Shown here one piece after another: positions 26,282-35,348 of a stretch of 64,000 bases of DNA; within the stretch, counting starts at the first letter, position 1, and each line of letters opens with the position of its first letter. A program made the position numbers and the translations under genes. The DNA is from Candidatus Alistipes stercorigallinarum (lineage in GTDB: Bacteria; Bacteroidota; Bacteroidia; Bacteroidales; Rikenellaceae), in NCBI GenBank assembly GCA_019119475.1, contig DWWY01000001.1, forward strand, positions 12,260-76,259, given 5' to 3'. The notes under the pieces are model-generated. The model did no database searches, was not told the DNA's origin, and saw only the letters and a program-made list of their open reading frames with translations.

Positions 26282-27526
26282 ATGAAAACCTGTCTCTCCC
26301 TTCTTGCGGCGGCTGCCCTCCTGCTTGGCTTGTGCTCATGCGGCGGCAACCGCTTCCGGCTCGAGGTCGAAACGGCCCCCGAGACCGGGTGCGACAACTG
26401 CGCGGTCTACCTCTTTGCCCGCATGGGCAACCAGCTCACGCTGGTCGACTCCGCGCGGCTGGTCCGTCATGCGGCGCAGCTCTCGGGTCCGCTTCCCGAC
26501 CCTGAGAGCCTGGTCGAACTGCTCATCCCGGGGCAGGGGAGCTACATCCTGCTTGCAGCCCGCGGGGAGCGGGTCTCGCTGCGCATCGACACTGCCGCAC
26601 GCTCCTTCTTCCCCGCCTGCCGCGGCTCGTTCGCCACGGAGCGCATGACCGAAATCAGCCGCCGCTATCGGGAAATCGGATACGGGGCGCTGGAGCAGCT
26701 GCGCAGCGAGGCGGCCGTTCCGGGGCTCGATGCCCGGCGCCGGCAGGAGCTCGAGACCCTGCTTGCGGCCCGCGAGGCGGAGCTCGACTCCCTGGCCCGC
26801 TCGGCGATTTTCAACGACCGGAGCGCGCTGCTGGCCGTCGTTGCGACGATGTGGTATGCCGATACCTCTCCGAACATGACCGAGGACAGCCTCCGCACCC
26901 TGGTCCGGCAGCTTCGTGCACGCTTCCCCGGAAGCCCCTGCCTCAACTCGCTCGATGAGCAGGCGGCGCCCGAGCCGCCGACCCGCGAGAGCATGCGGAC
27001 GGAGAACCTCCGTGCGCGGCTTTCGGGCCTTCCGGAGCCCTATCCCGAGGGGGCGGAGCAGGCACCCGGGGGCGCACCGGAGCCCGGGACAGAGGCGTGC
27101 TCCCTGCCGCCCTACGCCGTTGGAGAGCGGGTCGAAGCCTTCTCGCTTCCCGACGGGGAGGGGGTGAGGCGGAACCCGCTGGAGGCTACGGAGGAGTATG
27201 TGCTGCTCGACTTCTGGGCGTCGTGGTGCGCTCCCTGCCGCAGGGAGCTCCCCGGGCTGCTCGATGCGGCGAGCCGTTTCGACGGGGTGCTCTCCGTCTG
27301 CGCCGTCTCGGTCGACGAGGATGCCGCCGCCTGGAGGAGCGCCGTGGAGCAGGAGGGGCTTTCGCCGCTGCTCAACCTCCGCCTCGACCGCAGCGACGCC
27401 TCGTTCGCGGAGCTGGTCGCCCGCTTCGACATCCGGACCATCCCGCACAACCTGCTGCTGGATGGGGAGCGCCGGGTCGTGGCGGTCGATTTGCGGGGCG
27501 ACGCCCTGCGCGAGTGGCTCGAGTAG
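26282..27526 (+). CDS. TlpA/ResA-type thioredoxin-fold lipoprotein
   Basis: Lipobox LCSC; C-terminal VLLDFWASWCAPCRRELP and IPHNLLLD. Confidence 0.85.
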   Translation: MKTCLSLLAAAALLLGLCSCGGNRFRLEVETAPETGCDNCAVYLFARMGNQLTLVDSARLVRHAAQLSGPLPDPESLVELLIPGQGSYILLAARGERVSLRIDTAARSFFPACRGSFATERMTEISRRYREIGYGALEQLRSEAAVPGLDARRRQELETLLAAREAELDSLARSAIFNDRSALLAVVATMWYADTSPNMTEDSLRTLVRQLRARFPGSPCLNSLDEQAAPEPPTRESMRTENLRARLSGLPEPYPEGAEQAPGGAPEPGTEACSLPPYAVGERVEAFSLPDGEGVRRNPLEATEEYVLLDFWASWCAPCRRELPGLLDAASRFDGVLSVCAVSVDEDAAAWRSAVEQEGLSPLLNLRLDRSDASFAELVARFDIRTIPHNLLLDGERRVVAVDLRGDALREWLE

Positions 27527-27871
27527 CATGCCGGCCGCTGAACCGGCCGCTGCCGGGGATGGCGGACGGTTTCTGGGCCGCAGTGTTTTCAGCCGCCATG
27601 TTTCTGAATCGGGCTCCGGGAATATTCTCCCGGCCCGGTTCTTCCGGCCTGGCCCGGTTCTTCTCGCCCGTCCCGCTCTTCCTTTCTCCCGGCTCCGCCT
27701 CCTGCCGGTTCGGTTCGTTCTGCCCGCCGCCTTTTTCTCCGGTCGGCTCCGCCTCGGTTCCCTCGTCTCCGCCCGGCTCATTTCTCGCCTTCCGCTTCGG
27801 GTCCCAACCGCTCTTTTTCACCCGCAAAGCGATAAAAATCGCCGAAAAGTGTTGATTTCCCGGATTTTTCG

Positions 27872-27879
27872 TATCTTTG
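27872..27879 (+). promoter_or_regulatory. -7 box (TATCTTTG) of rplY-pth
   Basis: Exact consensus match with TTG about 17 nt upstream. Confidence 0.8.
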
Positions 27880-27892
27880 TGGCCCAATGCAA

Positions 27893-27934
27893 GCGGTAGT
27901 GGGGTGCGACGCCGGTCGCCGCACTGAGAACCGC
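27893..27934 (+). promoter_or_regulatory. Structured 5' leader hairpin of rplY (candidate autoregulatory element)
   Basis: GCGGU/ACCGC, GAGA bulge, AGUG/CACU, GCGAC/GUCGC stem with GCCG loop, between the promoter and an A-rich start region. Confidence 0.45.
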
Positions 27935-27968
27935 CCAAGGTAACACTTTAAAAAACAAAACTTTAACT

Positions 27969-28538
27969 ATGAAAACCATTTCCGTAAAGGCCGTAAAGCG
28001 TGAAGAGTACGGCAAGAAGGCAGCCAAGTCGGTACGTCGTGAGGGCATGGTTCCCTGCGTACTGTGTGGCAACGGCGAGACGGTCACCTTCTCGGTTGAC
28101 CCCCGCGAGATTAAGCCCCTGATTTACACCCCGAACTCCTACATCATCGAGTTCGACTTCGACGGCAAGAAGGAGCTCGCCGTACTGCGTGAGGCTCAGT
28201 TCCACCCCGTACGCGAGGAGATTCTCCACCTCGACTTCTTCCGCATCGCCGACGGCAAGCCCGTATCGATTGCCATTCCCGTCCGCCTGTCGGGTAACGC
28301 CGAGGGTGTGAAGGTCGGCGGTAAGCTGGCCCTGTCGGCCCGCAAGCTCACCGTGAGCGCCCTGGTTGAGAACCTGCCCGACGAAATCGTGGTAGACGTG
28401 ACGAACCTGGGTGTCGGCAAGACGATTTTCGTCGGCGACCTGAAGTTCGAGAACCTGAAGTTCGTGACGCCGGCTACGACGGCCGTCTGCGCCGTACGCG
28501 TAACGCGTGCATCGCGCGGTGCCGCTGCTCAGGCCTAA
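27969..28538 (+). CDS. rplY: 50S ribosomal protein bL25 (Ctc type)
   Basis: GKKAAKSVRREGMVPCVL, QFHPVREEILHLDF, G.AEGVKVGGKL; followed by pth. Confidence 0.96.
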   Translation: MKTISVKAVKREEYGKKAAKSVRREGMVPCVLCGNGETVTFSVDPREIKPLIYTPNSYIIEFDFDGKKELAVLREAQFHPVREEILHLDFFRIADGKPVSIAIPVRLSGNAEGVKVGGKLALSARKLTVSALVENLPDEIVVDVTNLGVGKTIFVGDLKFENLKFVTPATTAVCAVRVTRASRGAAAQA

Positions 28539-28550
28539 TCCTGACGGAGT

Positions 28551-29114
28551 ATGAAATACCTCATTGTTGGGCTGGGGAACATCGGCGCCGAGTACGCCGA
28601 GACCCGACACAACATCGGTTTCAAAGTGTTGGACGCGCTCGCAGAGGCGTCCAACGCTGTTTTTACGACGGCCCGTTACGGCGCCGTGGCCGAGATGAAG
28701 GTGCGCGGGCGGACGGTGCTGCTGCTCAAGCCCTCGACCTACATGAACCTCTCGGGCAAGGCGGTGCGCTACTGGCTCGATGCCGAGAAGATTCCGCTCG
28801 AGAACCTGCTGGTCATCTCGGACGACATCGCGCTGCCGTTCGGTACGCTGCGCATGCGTCCGAAGGGGAGTGCCGGCGGCCACAACGGCCTGAAGAACAT
28901 CGCCGAGCTGCTCGGCACGGAGGAGTATGCCCGCATGCGCTTCGGCGTGGGGGGCGACTTCCCGCGCGGCCACCAGGTCGACTACGTGCTGGGCGAGTGG
29001 ACGGCCGAGGAGCGCGAGGCGATGCCCGAGCGGCTGAAGCTCTTCGGCGATGCCATCCGTTCGTTCGTCTCGGTGGGCGTGGCCCTCACGATGAACACCT
29101 ATAACAAGAAGTAA
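28551..29114 (+). CDS. pth: Peptidyl-tRNA hydrolase
   Basis: [38 protein letters not shown]. Confidence 0.98.
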   Translation: MKYLIVGLGNIGAEYAETRHNIGFKVLDALAEASNAVFTTARYGAVAEMKVRGRTVLLLKPSTYMNLSGKAVRYWLDAEKIPLENLLVISDDIALPFGTLRMRPKGSAGGHNGLKNIAELLGTEEYARMRFGVGGDFPRGHQVDYVLGEWTAEEREAMPERLKLFGDAIRSFVSVGVALTMNTYNKK

Positions 29115-29147
29115 GCGCGCATCCGGCGACGGATGCCTCCGGCGTGT

Positions 29148-29183
29148 GAAGCGGCGGCCCCTCGGCAGAGGGACCGCCGCTTC
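29148..29183 (+). terminator. Hairpin after pth (probable terminator)
   Basis: gaagcggcgg / ccgccgcttc plus ccctc / gaggg stems with a GGCA loop; weak T tract. Confidence 0.55.
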
Positions 29184-29193
29184 GGTTTGTGCG

Positions 29194-29219
29194 CCGCCCG
29201 CGGCACATTTTCCGCCCGC
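29194..29219 (+). repeat. Left copy of a 26/27-bp direct repeat flanking the FN3 lipoprotein gene
   Basis: ccgcccgcggcacattttccgcccgc; the right copy is at 31302-31328. Confidence 0.75.
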
Positions 29220-29458
29220 CGAGGGAGCGGCCGGGCGAGCGATGTCGGGAGCGGCTGCCGGGCGGTTGTACGGCGTGGGACGCCGTCTTCGGCTGAGTGA
29301 CCGGCGGAGTGTTCGGCTGCCGGGCGGTCGTCAAATCCGGAGGCCCGGCGGTGTGCCGTTGCCGGCGGCTGCGCGGGAGCAGCCGGGCGCCGGGCGGGTG
29401 ACGGTATAAAATAGTGATTGCGAGCGCTCCAAATGCTTGTTTTTCTCGAAACAACGTT

Positions 29459-29466
29459 TATCTTTG
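29459..29466 (+). promoter_or_regulatory. -7 box (TATCTTTG) of the FN3 lipoprotein gene
   Basis: Exact consensus match 43 nt before ATG 29510. Confidence 0.75.
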
Positions 29467-29509
29467 TAAAACCTATCCCCAAAACACCCTTAAACTAATT
29501 ATACCTTTT

Positions 29510-31015
29510 ATGAAAAAATTCCGTTTCCATCTCCTGCTGACCGCGCTCATCGCGCTGTTGTCGGCATGCGGCAGCGACTCCGACTCGCCGGACAAGATTC
29601 TTCCGTTGCCCGTCCCCGCATCGCTCGTCTCCGAGGGCGACGAGGCCTCGCTCACCTTCACGTGGGAGGCCGTTCCCGATGCCAAATGCTATGCCTATCG
29701 GTTCAACGAAGGCGACGAGGTCTACACCAACGAGACTTCGGTCCGTTTCGACGGGCTGACCCCCTCGACGCAATACAGCTTCAAGGTCAAGGCCGTTTCG
29801 GGCGACCTCGGCCGCTGGAGCGACTCCGACTGGGCTTCGGCAACCGCCACGACGGGCGAGCAGCCCGTGCCTCCCTTCGTCATCACGCTCGGTGAGGTGA
29901 CCTTCTACAGCGCCGAGGTGACCGTTACGCCGGCCGACCCCTCGATGACCTACTTCTGCAACATCCTGCCCCGCACCGAATTCGACGCCTTCCCCTCGGA
30001 GGAGAAGCTCATCGAGGCCCAGATAGCCCAGATAGCCCAGACGGCCGAGACCAACGGCATGAATTTCGGGGAGTTCTGCCAGGCGATGGGGCTCCTCATC
30101 TCGGGAACCCAGACCTTCGTGACGGCCGAGGAGCTGGCGGGCGATACGGAGTATGTCGAATATGTCTTCGGACTCGACTATTCGGGCAATGCGACCACCG
30201 GGCTGGTCAGTACGACGTTCCGCACCGCCAAGGAGCCCACGGTGAAGCCTTCGACGATGACCTTTACCCTCGAGGTGACCGACCTGACGGATGTGAGCGC
30301 ACGGTTGAAGGTGACGCCGTCGACCGACGACGAGGATTACTTCTGCCTCTTCGTGCTGCGTGAGAACCTCGACGTGATGGGCGAGGATGCGGTCATTGCC
30401 GCCTGCATCGACGACCTGAACGAGCACATCTCCAGCTCGGACTACGCCACGGTGGTGGCCGAGCAGTGCCATCGGGGCGCCTATACGCTCTCCTATGCCG
30501 AGTTCGAGCCCAATACCGAGTACGTGGGCTTCGCCTTCGGCGTCGGCCAGCACGGACTGCGCGCTGCGGCGACGACCCGGCTGTTCACCACCGAGCCCTT
30601 CATGATGAAGGACCAGGAGGGCGGCGAGGACCCCATCCGCATCGAGGTGGTCGAGTGGGGCATCGAGCATGCGCAAATCAAGTTCATCCCCACGGCCGAG
30701 GCCACTCCCTACCGTTGCGAGCTGACCAAGCTCTCCGACTTCGCCGGTCTGAGCGACGAGGAGATTCTGGCCCGTGACATGGAGAAGCTCTGGAACGATT
30801 ATGCCGACTACTATTCGATGATGCTCCTCTACGAGAGCTTCACCATGACGCGCTACATGCCGCTCGACCCCGATACCGACTACATCGTCTATGCCTATGG
30901 TCTGAGCGATGCGGAGTTCAAGGCGACCTCGAAGCTCTGCAAGAAGGTGCTCCGTACGCCGGCGGCCGATGCCTCCGCGTCGGGTGCTCTCCGGAGCCGT
31001 CTGCTCGGCCGGTAG
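29510..31015 (+). CDS. Uncharacterised lipoprotein with an N-terminal FN3 domain and three FN3-like repeats
   Basis: Lipobox LSAC followed by acidic GSDSDSPD; FN3 signature LTFTWEAV...FDGLTPSTQYSFKVKAV; three ~120-aa repeats ending LAGDTEYVEYVFG / FEPNTEYVGFAFG / LDPDTDYIVYAYG. Confidence 0.8.
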   Translation: MKKFRFHLLLTALIALLSACGSDSDSPDKILPLPVPASLVSEGDEASLTFTWEAVPDAKCYAYRFNEGDEVYTNETSVRFDGLTPSTQYSFKVKAVSGDLGRWSDSDWASATATTGEQPVPPFVITLGEVTFYSAEVTVTPADPSMTYFCNILPRTEFDAFPSEEKLIEAQIAQIAQTAETNGMNFGEFCQAMGLLISGTQTFVTAEELAGDTEYVEYVFGLDYSGNATTGLVSTTFRTAKEPTVKPSTMTFTLEVTDLTDVSARLKVTPSTDDEDYFCLFVLRENLDVMGEDAVIAACIDDLNEHISSSDYATVVAEQCHRGAYTLSYAEFEPNTEYVGFAFGVGQHGLRAAATTRLFTTEPFMMKDQEGGEDPIRIEVVEWGIEHAQIKFIPTAEATPYRCELTKLSDFAGLSDEEILARDMEKLWNDYADYYSMMLLYESFTMTRYMPLDPDTDYIVYAYGLSDAEFKATSKLCKKVLRTPAADASASGALRSRLLGR

Positions 31016-31090
31016 GCGGCACCGCAGGGAGGGTCAGCCGTCCGATGACCGCCCGATGGCCCTCTTCTCACGGCTCCCTTCCGGGTATGG

Positions 31091-31127
31091 AAAAAGCCTC
31101 TGCCGCTTTGCTGCGGCAGAGGCTTTT
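31091..31127. terminator. Bidirectional intrinsic terminator between the FN3 gene and hslR
   Basis: aaaagcctctgccgc-tttgct-gcggcagaggctttt, a perfect 15-bp stem including A/T tracts. Confidence 0.88.
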
Positions 31128-31161
31128 CGGTATCCTTCCCGGCGGGTTGCGACGGCGGGTT

Positions 31162-31328
31162 GCGGCGGCAGAGGCTGTGCCCGCCCCTTCTCTTGGACGT
31201 TTAACCGCCCGCGGAGCTTTCCGCCTGCGGCGGCAGAGGCTGTGCCCGCCCCCTCTCTTGGGCGTTTAGCCGCCCGCGGTGCTTTCCGCCCGCGGTGCTT
31301 CCCGCCTGCGGCACATTTTTCCGCCCGC
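31162..31328. repeat. Two 65-bp tandem repeats followed by 16-19-bp subrepeats, including the right copy of the flanking direct repeat (31302-31328)
   Basis: Units 31162-31226 and 31227-31291 differ at about 5 positions. Confidence 0.88.
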
Positions 31329-31337
31329 GGCGGCGGA

Positions 31338-31733
31338 CTACTCCTCGTCGTCGTAGTAGATTTCGTCCATCAGCGTGTCGAGCTCGCGGCGCTCCTTCTT
31401 GGTGGGGCGTCCCGTGCCGCGCTCGCGGAAGACGAAGATTGTCTCGCGCGGGATGTTGAGCTTGTCGCGCTCCTCTTGCGGCGTGACGTCGAGGCAGTAG
31501 AGCGGCACGTTCTTGGCCGGCTGGCGGCTCGACACCAGGTCGAGCACCTTGTACGAATAGGTCACCTGCTGCTTGCGTACGGCGACCAGGTCGCCGATTT
31601 TCACCTCGCGCGACGGCTTGGCATAGGAGCCGTTGACCGTCACCTTGTTGTTGCGGATGGCGTCGGCCGCATCGCTCCGGGTCTTGAAGACCCGCACGGC
31701 CCACAGATATTTGTCGAGTCGGATGTCCTCCAT
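31338..31733 (-). CDS. hslR: S4-domain RNA-binding protein, Hsp15 type
   Basis: RLDKYLWAVRVFKTRS.A, KPSREVKIGD, GTGRPTKKERR. Confidence 0.93.
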   Translation of the reverse strand: MEDIRLDKYLWAVRVFKTRSDAADAIRNNKVTVNGSYAKPSREVKIGDLVAVRKQQVTYSYKVLDLVSSRQPAKNVPLYCLDVTPQEERDKLNIPRETIFVFRERGTGRPTKKERRELDTLMDEIYYDDEE

Positions 31734-31836
31734 GTCTTCTTTTCGTTTTTTTGTCGCCGGGCCGCAGTGCCGTGGGTTCGCCGAGGGTCGACGCCGTGGG
31801 GCGTCGCGGCGGACCGCCGCAGATGCCGGCGGGCGG

Positions 31837-33246
31837 TTATTTTTCGTAGATGGTCTCGCTGCGCGGCCGGTCGTGCGACTGCTCGTCGTTCTGGCGGCTG
31901 ACGCTCAGTATCATTCCCAGCGCGATGGTGGTGAAGAGCACCGACGAACCGCCGCGCGAGATGAGCGGCAGCGTCTGCCCCGTCTCGGGAATCAGGTTGA
32001 CGGTCACCATCACGTGCAACAGCGCCTGACAGGTGATGAGCAGCGCCAGTCCCAGCACCAGCAGTCCTGGGAAGGCGGTGCCGCAGCGGCGGAAGATTTC
32101 GATGGCGCGGAAGAAAATCCACAGGTAGAGCATCAGCAGCACCACGGCCAGCACGATGCCGTACTCCTCGACGAAGAAGGCGTAGGCGTAGTCGCTCTCG
32201 GGGTGAATCATCTCCACGCGCATGGCGCTCTGCCCTGCCCCTTCGCCCAGCAGGCCGCCGTTGTGGATGGCAATCATCGAACGCTCGGTGTCGCTCAGGT
32301 GCTCGATGGGTTTGTCGGTCTGCGACGTGGTCCAGAGGTGGAGCCACGTGCCGACGCGTCCTTCGGCCGTCTCGCTTCGTCCGAGGTTGAGCGTCCAGAC
32401 CAGCAGTATGGCCGCGATGCCCAGTCCGACGAGTTTCATGAGCTCGCGGATGTTGACCCGCCCGATGAGCATCATCACCCACGAGGCCATGCAGACCAGC
32501 ACGGCCGACGAGGTGTGGGCCGGGAAGATGACCACGGCCGAGACGGCCACCGGCATCAGGATGGGCCACGTCCCTTCGCGCCAGATGCGCCGCTGCTCGC
32601 GCGAGCGGCGCCAGGTCCAGAACTTGAGCGAGGGGACGATGCGGATTTTGTCGATGCGGCTCTGGCGGCTTCCCAGCTGGCGGGCCAGGAAGAGCACCGT
32701 GGCGACCTTCAGCGCCTCGGAGGGCTGCAGGTCGAAGAATCCGAGCGGAATCCAGCGCGCGGCGCCGTTGGTCGTGCGTCCGATGAAGTAGGCCAGCAGC
32801 GTGAGCAGCACGCTGGCGATGTAGGCCGGCTGGGCCAGCGTGCGGTAGACGCGGCAGTTGATTTTCTGCACGGCAATCATCACACCCAGACTCAGGATGA
32901 GCACCATGACCTGCTGGCGCAGGAAGTGGTAGGTCGTGCGCTCGGTGTGGGCGTCGTAGGCCATCTTGGCCGTCGACGAGTAGACCACGAGAATCGAAAT
33001 CACCGCCAGCGCCGCAATGATAATCCAGAGCACGCGGTCGCCGTTGAAGAGCCTCTTGAGCCGCTCGATGAAGGGCGACGAGGCGCTCTGCTCCCCGGCG
33101 TCGGGCCCGGCATCGCCGCTCCGCCGCGCCGTGGCGCTCCTGCGCGTACGGCTGCGGGCCTCCTCGGCCGCGCCGTCTGCCGCGCCGCTCGTCCCGCAGG
33201 TGCCGGGACGCACTCCGTCGTCGTAGTTCATCGCTTCGCGTTCCAT
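31837..33246 (-). CDS. ftsW: FtsW/RodA SEDS glycosyltransferase
   Basis: NGAARWI, QPSEALK, GGLLGEGAGQS, PESDYAYA..VEEYG, PETGQTLPLISRGGSS; low-complexity N-terminal extension. The start may be 33231. Confidence 0.93.
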   Translation of the reverse strand: MEREAMNYDDGVRPGTCGTSGAADGAAEEARSRTRRSATARRSGDAGPDAGEQSASSPFIERLKRLFNGDRVLWIIIAALAVISILVVYSSTAKMAYDAHTERTTYHFLRQQVMVLILSLGVMIAVQKINCRVYRTLAQPAYIASVLLTLLAYFIGRTTNGAARWIPLGFFDLQPSEALKVATVLFLARQLGSRQSRIDKIRIVPSLKFWTWRRSREQRRIWREGTWPILMPVAVSAVVIFPAHTSSAVLVCMASWVMMLIGRVNIRELMKLVGLGIAAILLVWTLNLGRSETAEGRVGTWLHLWTTSQTDKPIEHLSDTERSMIAIHNGGLLGEGAGQSAMRVEMIHPESDYAYAFFVEEYGIVLAVVLLMLYLWIFFRAIEIFRRCGTAFPGLLVLGLALLITCQALLHVMVTVNLIPETGQTLPLISRGGSSVLFTTIALGMILSVSRQNDEQSHDRPRSETIYEK

Positions 33247-33274
33247 CGTTCGGTTGCCGTTGTGCGGTTCATCC

Positions 33275-34624
33275 TCAGGCGTTCTTCAGCACCCACTCCT
33301 TGAAGAGTTCGCCGCGGTTTTCGTAGTTCTTGAAGAGGTCGAAGCTGGCGCATGCCGGCGAGAGAAGCACCACGTCGCCCGGACGTGCCGCCTCGCGTGC
33401 GGCGCGCATCGCCGCATCGAGCGAGTCGGTCGAGACGATGCGGGGCACCACACCTTCGAATTCGCGCAGCAGTTTGGCGTTGTCGAGCCCCATGCAGACC
33501 AGCGTGTGGACCTTCTCGCGGGCAAACTCCTTGAGGGGCGTGTAGTCGTTGCCCTTGTCCGTGCCGCCGGCAATCCAGACCACCGGGCGCTTCATCCCCT
33601 CGAGGGCGTACCACACCGAGTCGACGTTGGTCGCCTTCGAGTCGTTGAGCCAGAGTACGCCGCCGCGCTCGGCCACCGGTTCGAGGCGGTGCTCGACGGG
33701 GGCGAAGTCGTAGATGGAGCGACTCACCTGCTCGGGGTCGACACCGGCGGCGAGCGTCGCCAGCGCCGCGGCCATGGCGTTGTAGGCGTTGTGGAGCCCC
33801 TTGATTTGCATCCGGTCGGTGTCGATTTCGACCGAAGCCTTGCCCGCCGTGGCGGTGAAGCGGCCGTCGAGCAGGAAGGCGTCGCCGGCGCCGCTGGCCA
33901 CGGCGTTGCGGGCCGCGAAGGGGAGCTGGCGCATGCGCAGGTCGTAGCGGGGCAGCTGCGCCCAGATGGTCTCGTCGTCGCCCGAGTAGATGAACCAGTC
34001 GCGCGAGGTCATGTTCTGCGTGATGCGCATCTTGGCGTCGACGTAGTTCTGGAAGCAGTGGTCGTAGCGGTCCAGGTGGTCGGGCGTGATGTTCGTCAGC
34101 ACGCCGATGTGGGCCCTGAAGCGGTACATGCCGTCGAGCTGGAACGAGCTCAGTTCGAGCACATACCAGTCGTAGCTGCCCGTGGCCACCGAGTAGGCGA
34201 AGCTCTCGCCGATGTTGCCTCCCAGGGCGACGTTCATCCCGGCGTCGCGCATGATTTTGTAGATGAGCGACGTGGTGGTCGTCTTGCCGTTCGAACCGGT
34301 GATGCAGATGCAGCGCGCGCGGCCGATGTAGCGGCCGGCGAATTCGATTTCCGAGATGACGGGGATGCCCGCCTCGCGGATTTTGCGCACGATGGGGGCC
34401 GATTCGGGGATGCCCGGCGACTTGATGACCTCCGTGGCGGCGAGGATGCGCTCCTCGGTGTGGCCCCCCTCCTCGTAGGGGACCTCCCACTGGTCGAGTT
34501 TGGCTTTGTAGCGGTCGGCGATTCGCCCCGAGTCGGAGAGCAGTACGTCGAAACCCTTCTTGCGGGCGAGGATGGCGGAGCCGTAACCGCTGATTCCGCC
34601 GCCCAGAACGACTATTTTCTTCAT
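33275..34624 (-). CDS. murD: UDP-MurNAc-L-Ala:D-Glu ligase
   Basis: From ATG 34624: MKKIVVLGGGISG, ITGSNGKTTTT, LELSSFQL, NDSKATNV, LSPACASFD. Confidence 0.97.
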   Translation of the reverse strand: MKKIVVLGGGISGYGSAILARKKGFDVLLSDSGRIADRYKAKLDQWEVPYEEGGHTEERILAATEVIKSPGIPESAPIVRKIREAGIPVISEIEFAGRYIGRARCICITGSNGKTTTTSLIYKIMRDAGMNVALGGNIGESFAYSVATGSYDWYVLELSSFQLDGMYRFRAHIGVLTNITPDHLDRYDHCFQNYVDAKMRITQNMTSRDWFIYSGDDETIWAQLPRYDLRMRQLPFAARNAVASGAGDAFLLDGRFTATAGKASVEIDTDRMQIKGLHNAYNAMAAALATLAAGVDPEQVSRSIYDFAPVEHRLEPVAERGGVLWLNDSKATNVDSVWYALEGMKRPVVWIAGGTDKGNDYTPLKEFAREKVHTLVCMGLDNAKLLREFEGVVPRIVSTDSLDAAMRAAREAARPGDVVLLSPACASFDLFKNYENRGELFKEWVLKNA

Positions 34625-35328
34625 AACGTGGTGTTTTCCGTGGTTGTCTCCCCGGCCTCGGCGGGACGCATCAGGTCGAAGAGGGGTTTGTATCTGCCTT
34701 CGGACACCCCGGCGGGAAGTCCGGCCCAGAGCGAGCGGAAAAGCGAGTCGCATCCCGTCTCGAGGGCCATCTCGTAGAGATAGGCGGCCGTTGCGGGCGA
34801 TTCGGGGTGGTTGCGGATGCGTTCGATGCGGTAGGCGTGGTTCCAGGCCGTCAGCGAGTCGAGCTCGAGCTGCTGCTGCTCGTCGAGCTGTCCGCCCGCC
34901 TCGACAATCCGGTTGAGGGTGGTCAGACGGCGGATTTGCGGACCGAAGGGCGCATTCTCGCGCTCCATTGCCTCGTAGAGTTCGCTGCCGCGGATTTCCA
35001 GTTCGGCGTTGCCCTCGTCGTCGTGGAGCAGGCCTCCGATGCGGAGCCGTTCGCCCGGGAAGAGCAGCAGCGACCACTCCTCGGTGTAGCCTTCGGCCGA
35101 GGTGAAGAGCAGCCGCACGACATTCACCCCGTCGTCGGGGATGTCGTATCCGGCCTCGACGGGCACCGCCTGCATGTAGCCTCCGGGGCGGAGGGAGCCG
35201 TGCAGCGGAGCGTATTCGACGCCGTCGAGTTCGGCGTCCCCGAGCGCCGCCGCGATGCGGGGCGCACGTCCGTCATCGCCGCACGAGGCGGCAAGCAGCA
35301 GGGAGAGGAGGATGAATAATTTTTGCAT
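34621..35328 (-). CDS. Hypothetical 235-aa lipoprotein resembling the non-catalytic N-terminal part of TlpA-type lipoproteins
   Basis: MQKLFILLSLLLAASC lipobox, LFPGERLRIGG beta region, helical ...RIRNHPESPATAAYLY; no CxxC. ATG 20 nt after the mraY stop; its stop overlaps the murD start (ATGA). Confidence 0.75.
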   Translation of the reverse strand: MQKLFILLSLLLAASCGDDGRAPRIAAALGDAELDGVEYAPLHGSLRPGGYMQAVPVEAGYDIPDDGVNVVRLLFTSAEGYTEEWSLLLFPGERLRIGGLLHDDEGNAELEIRGSELYEAMERENAPFGPQIRRLTTLNRIVEAGGQLDEQQQLELDSLTAWNHAYRIERIRNHPESPATAAYLYEMALETGCDSLFRSLWAGLPAGVSEGRYKPLFDLMRPAEAGETTTENTTL

Positions 35329-35348
35329 GGGTCTTTTTTTTGAGGGGG

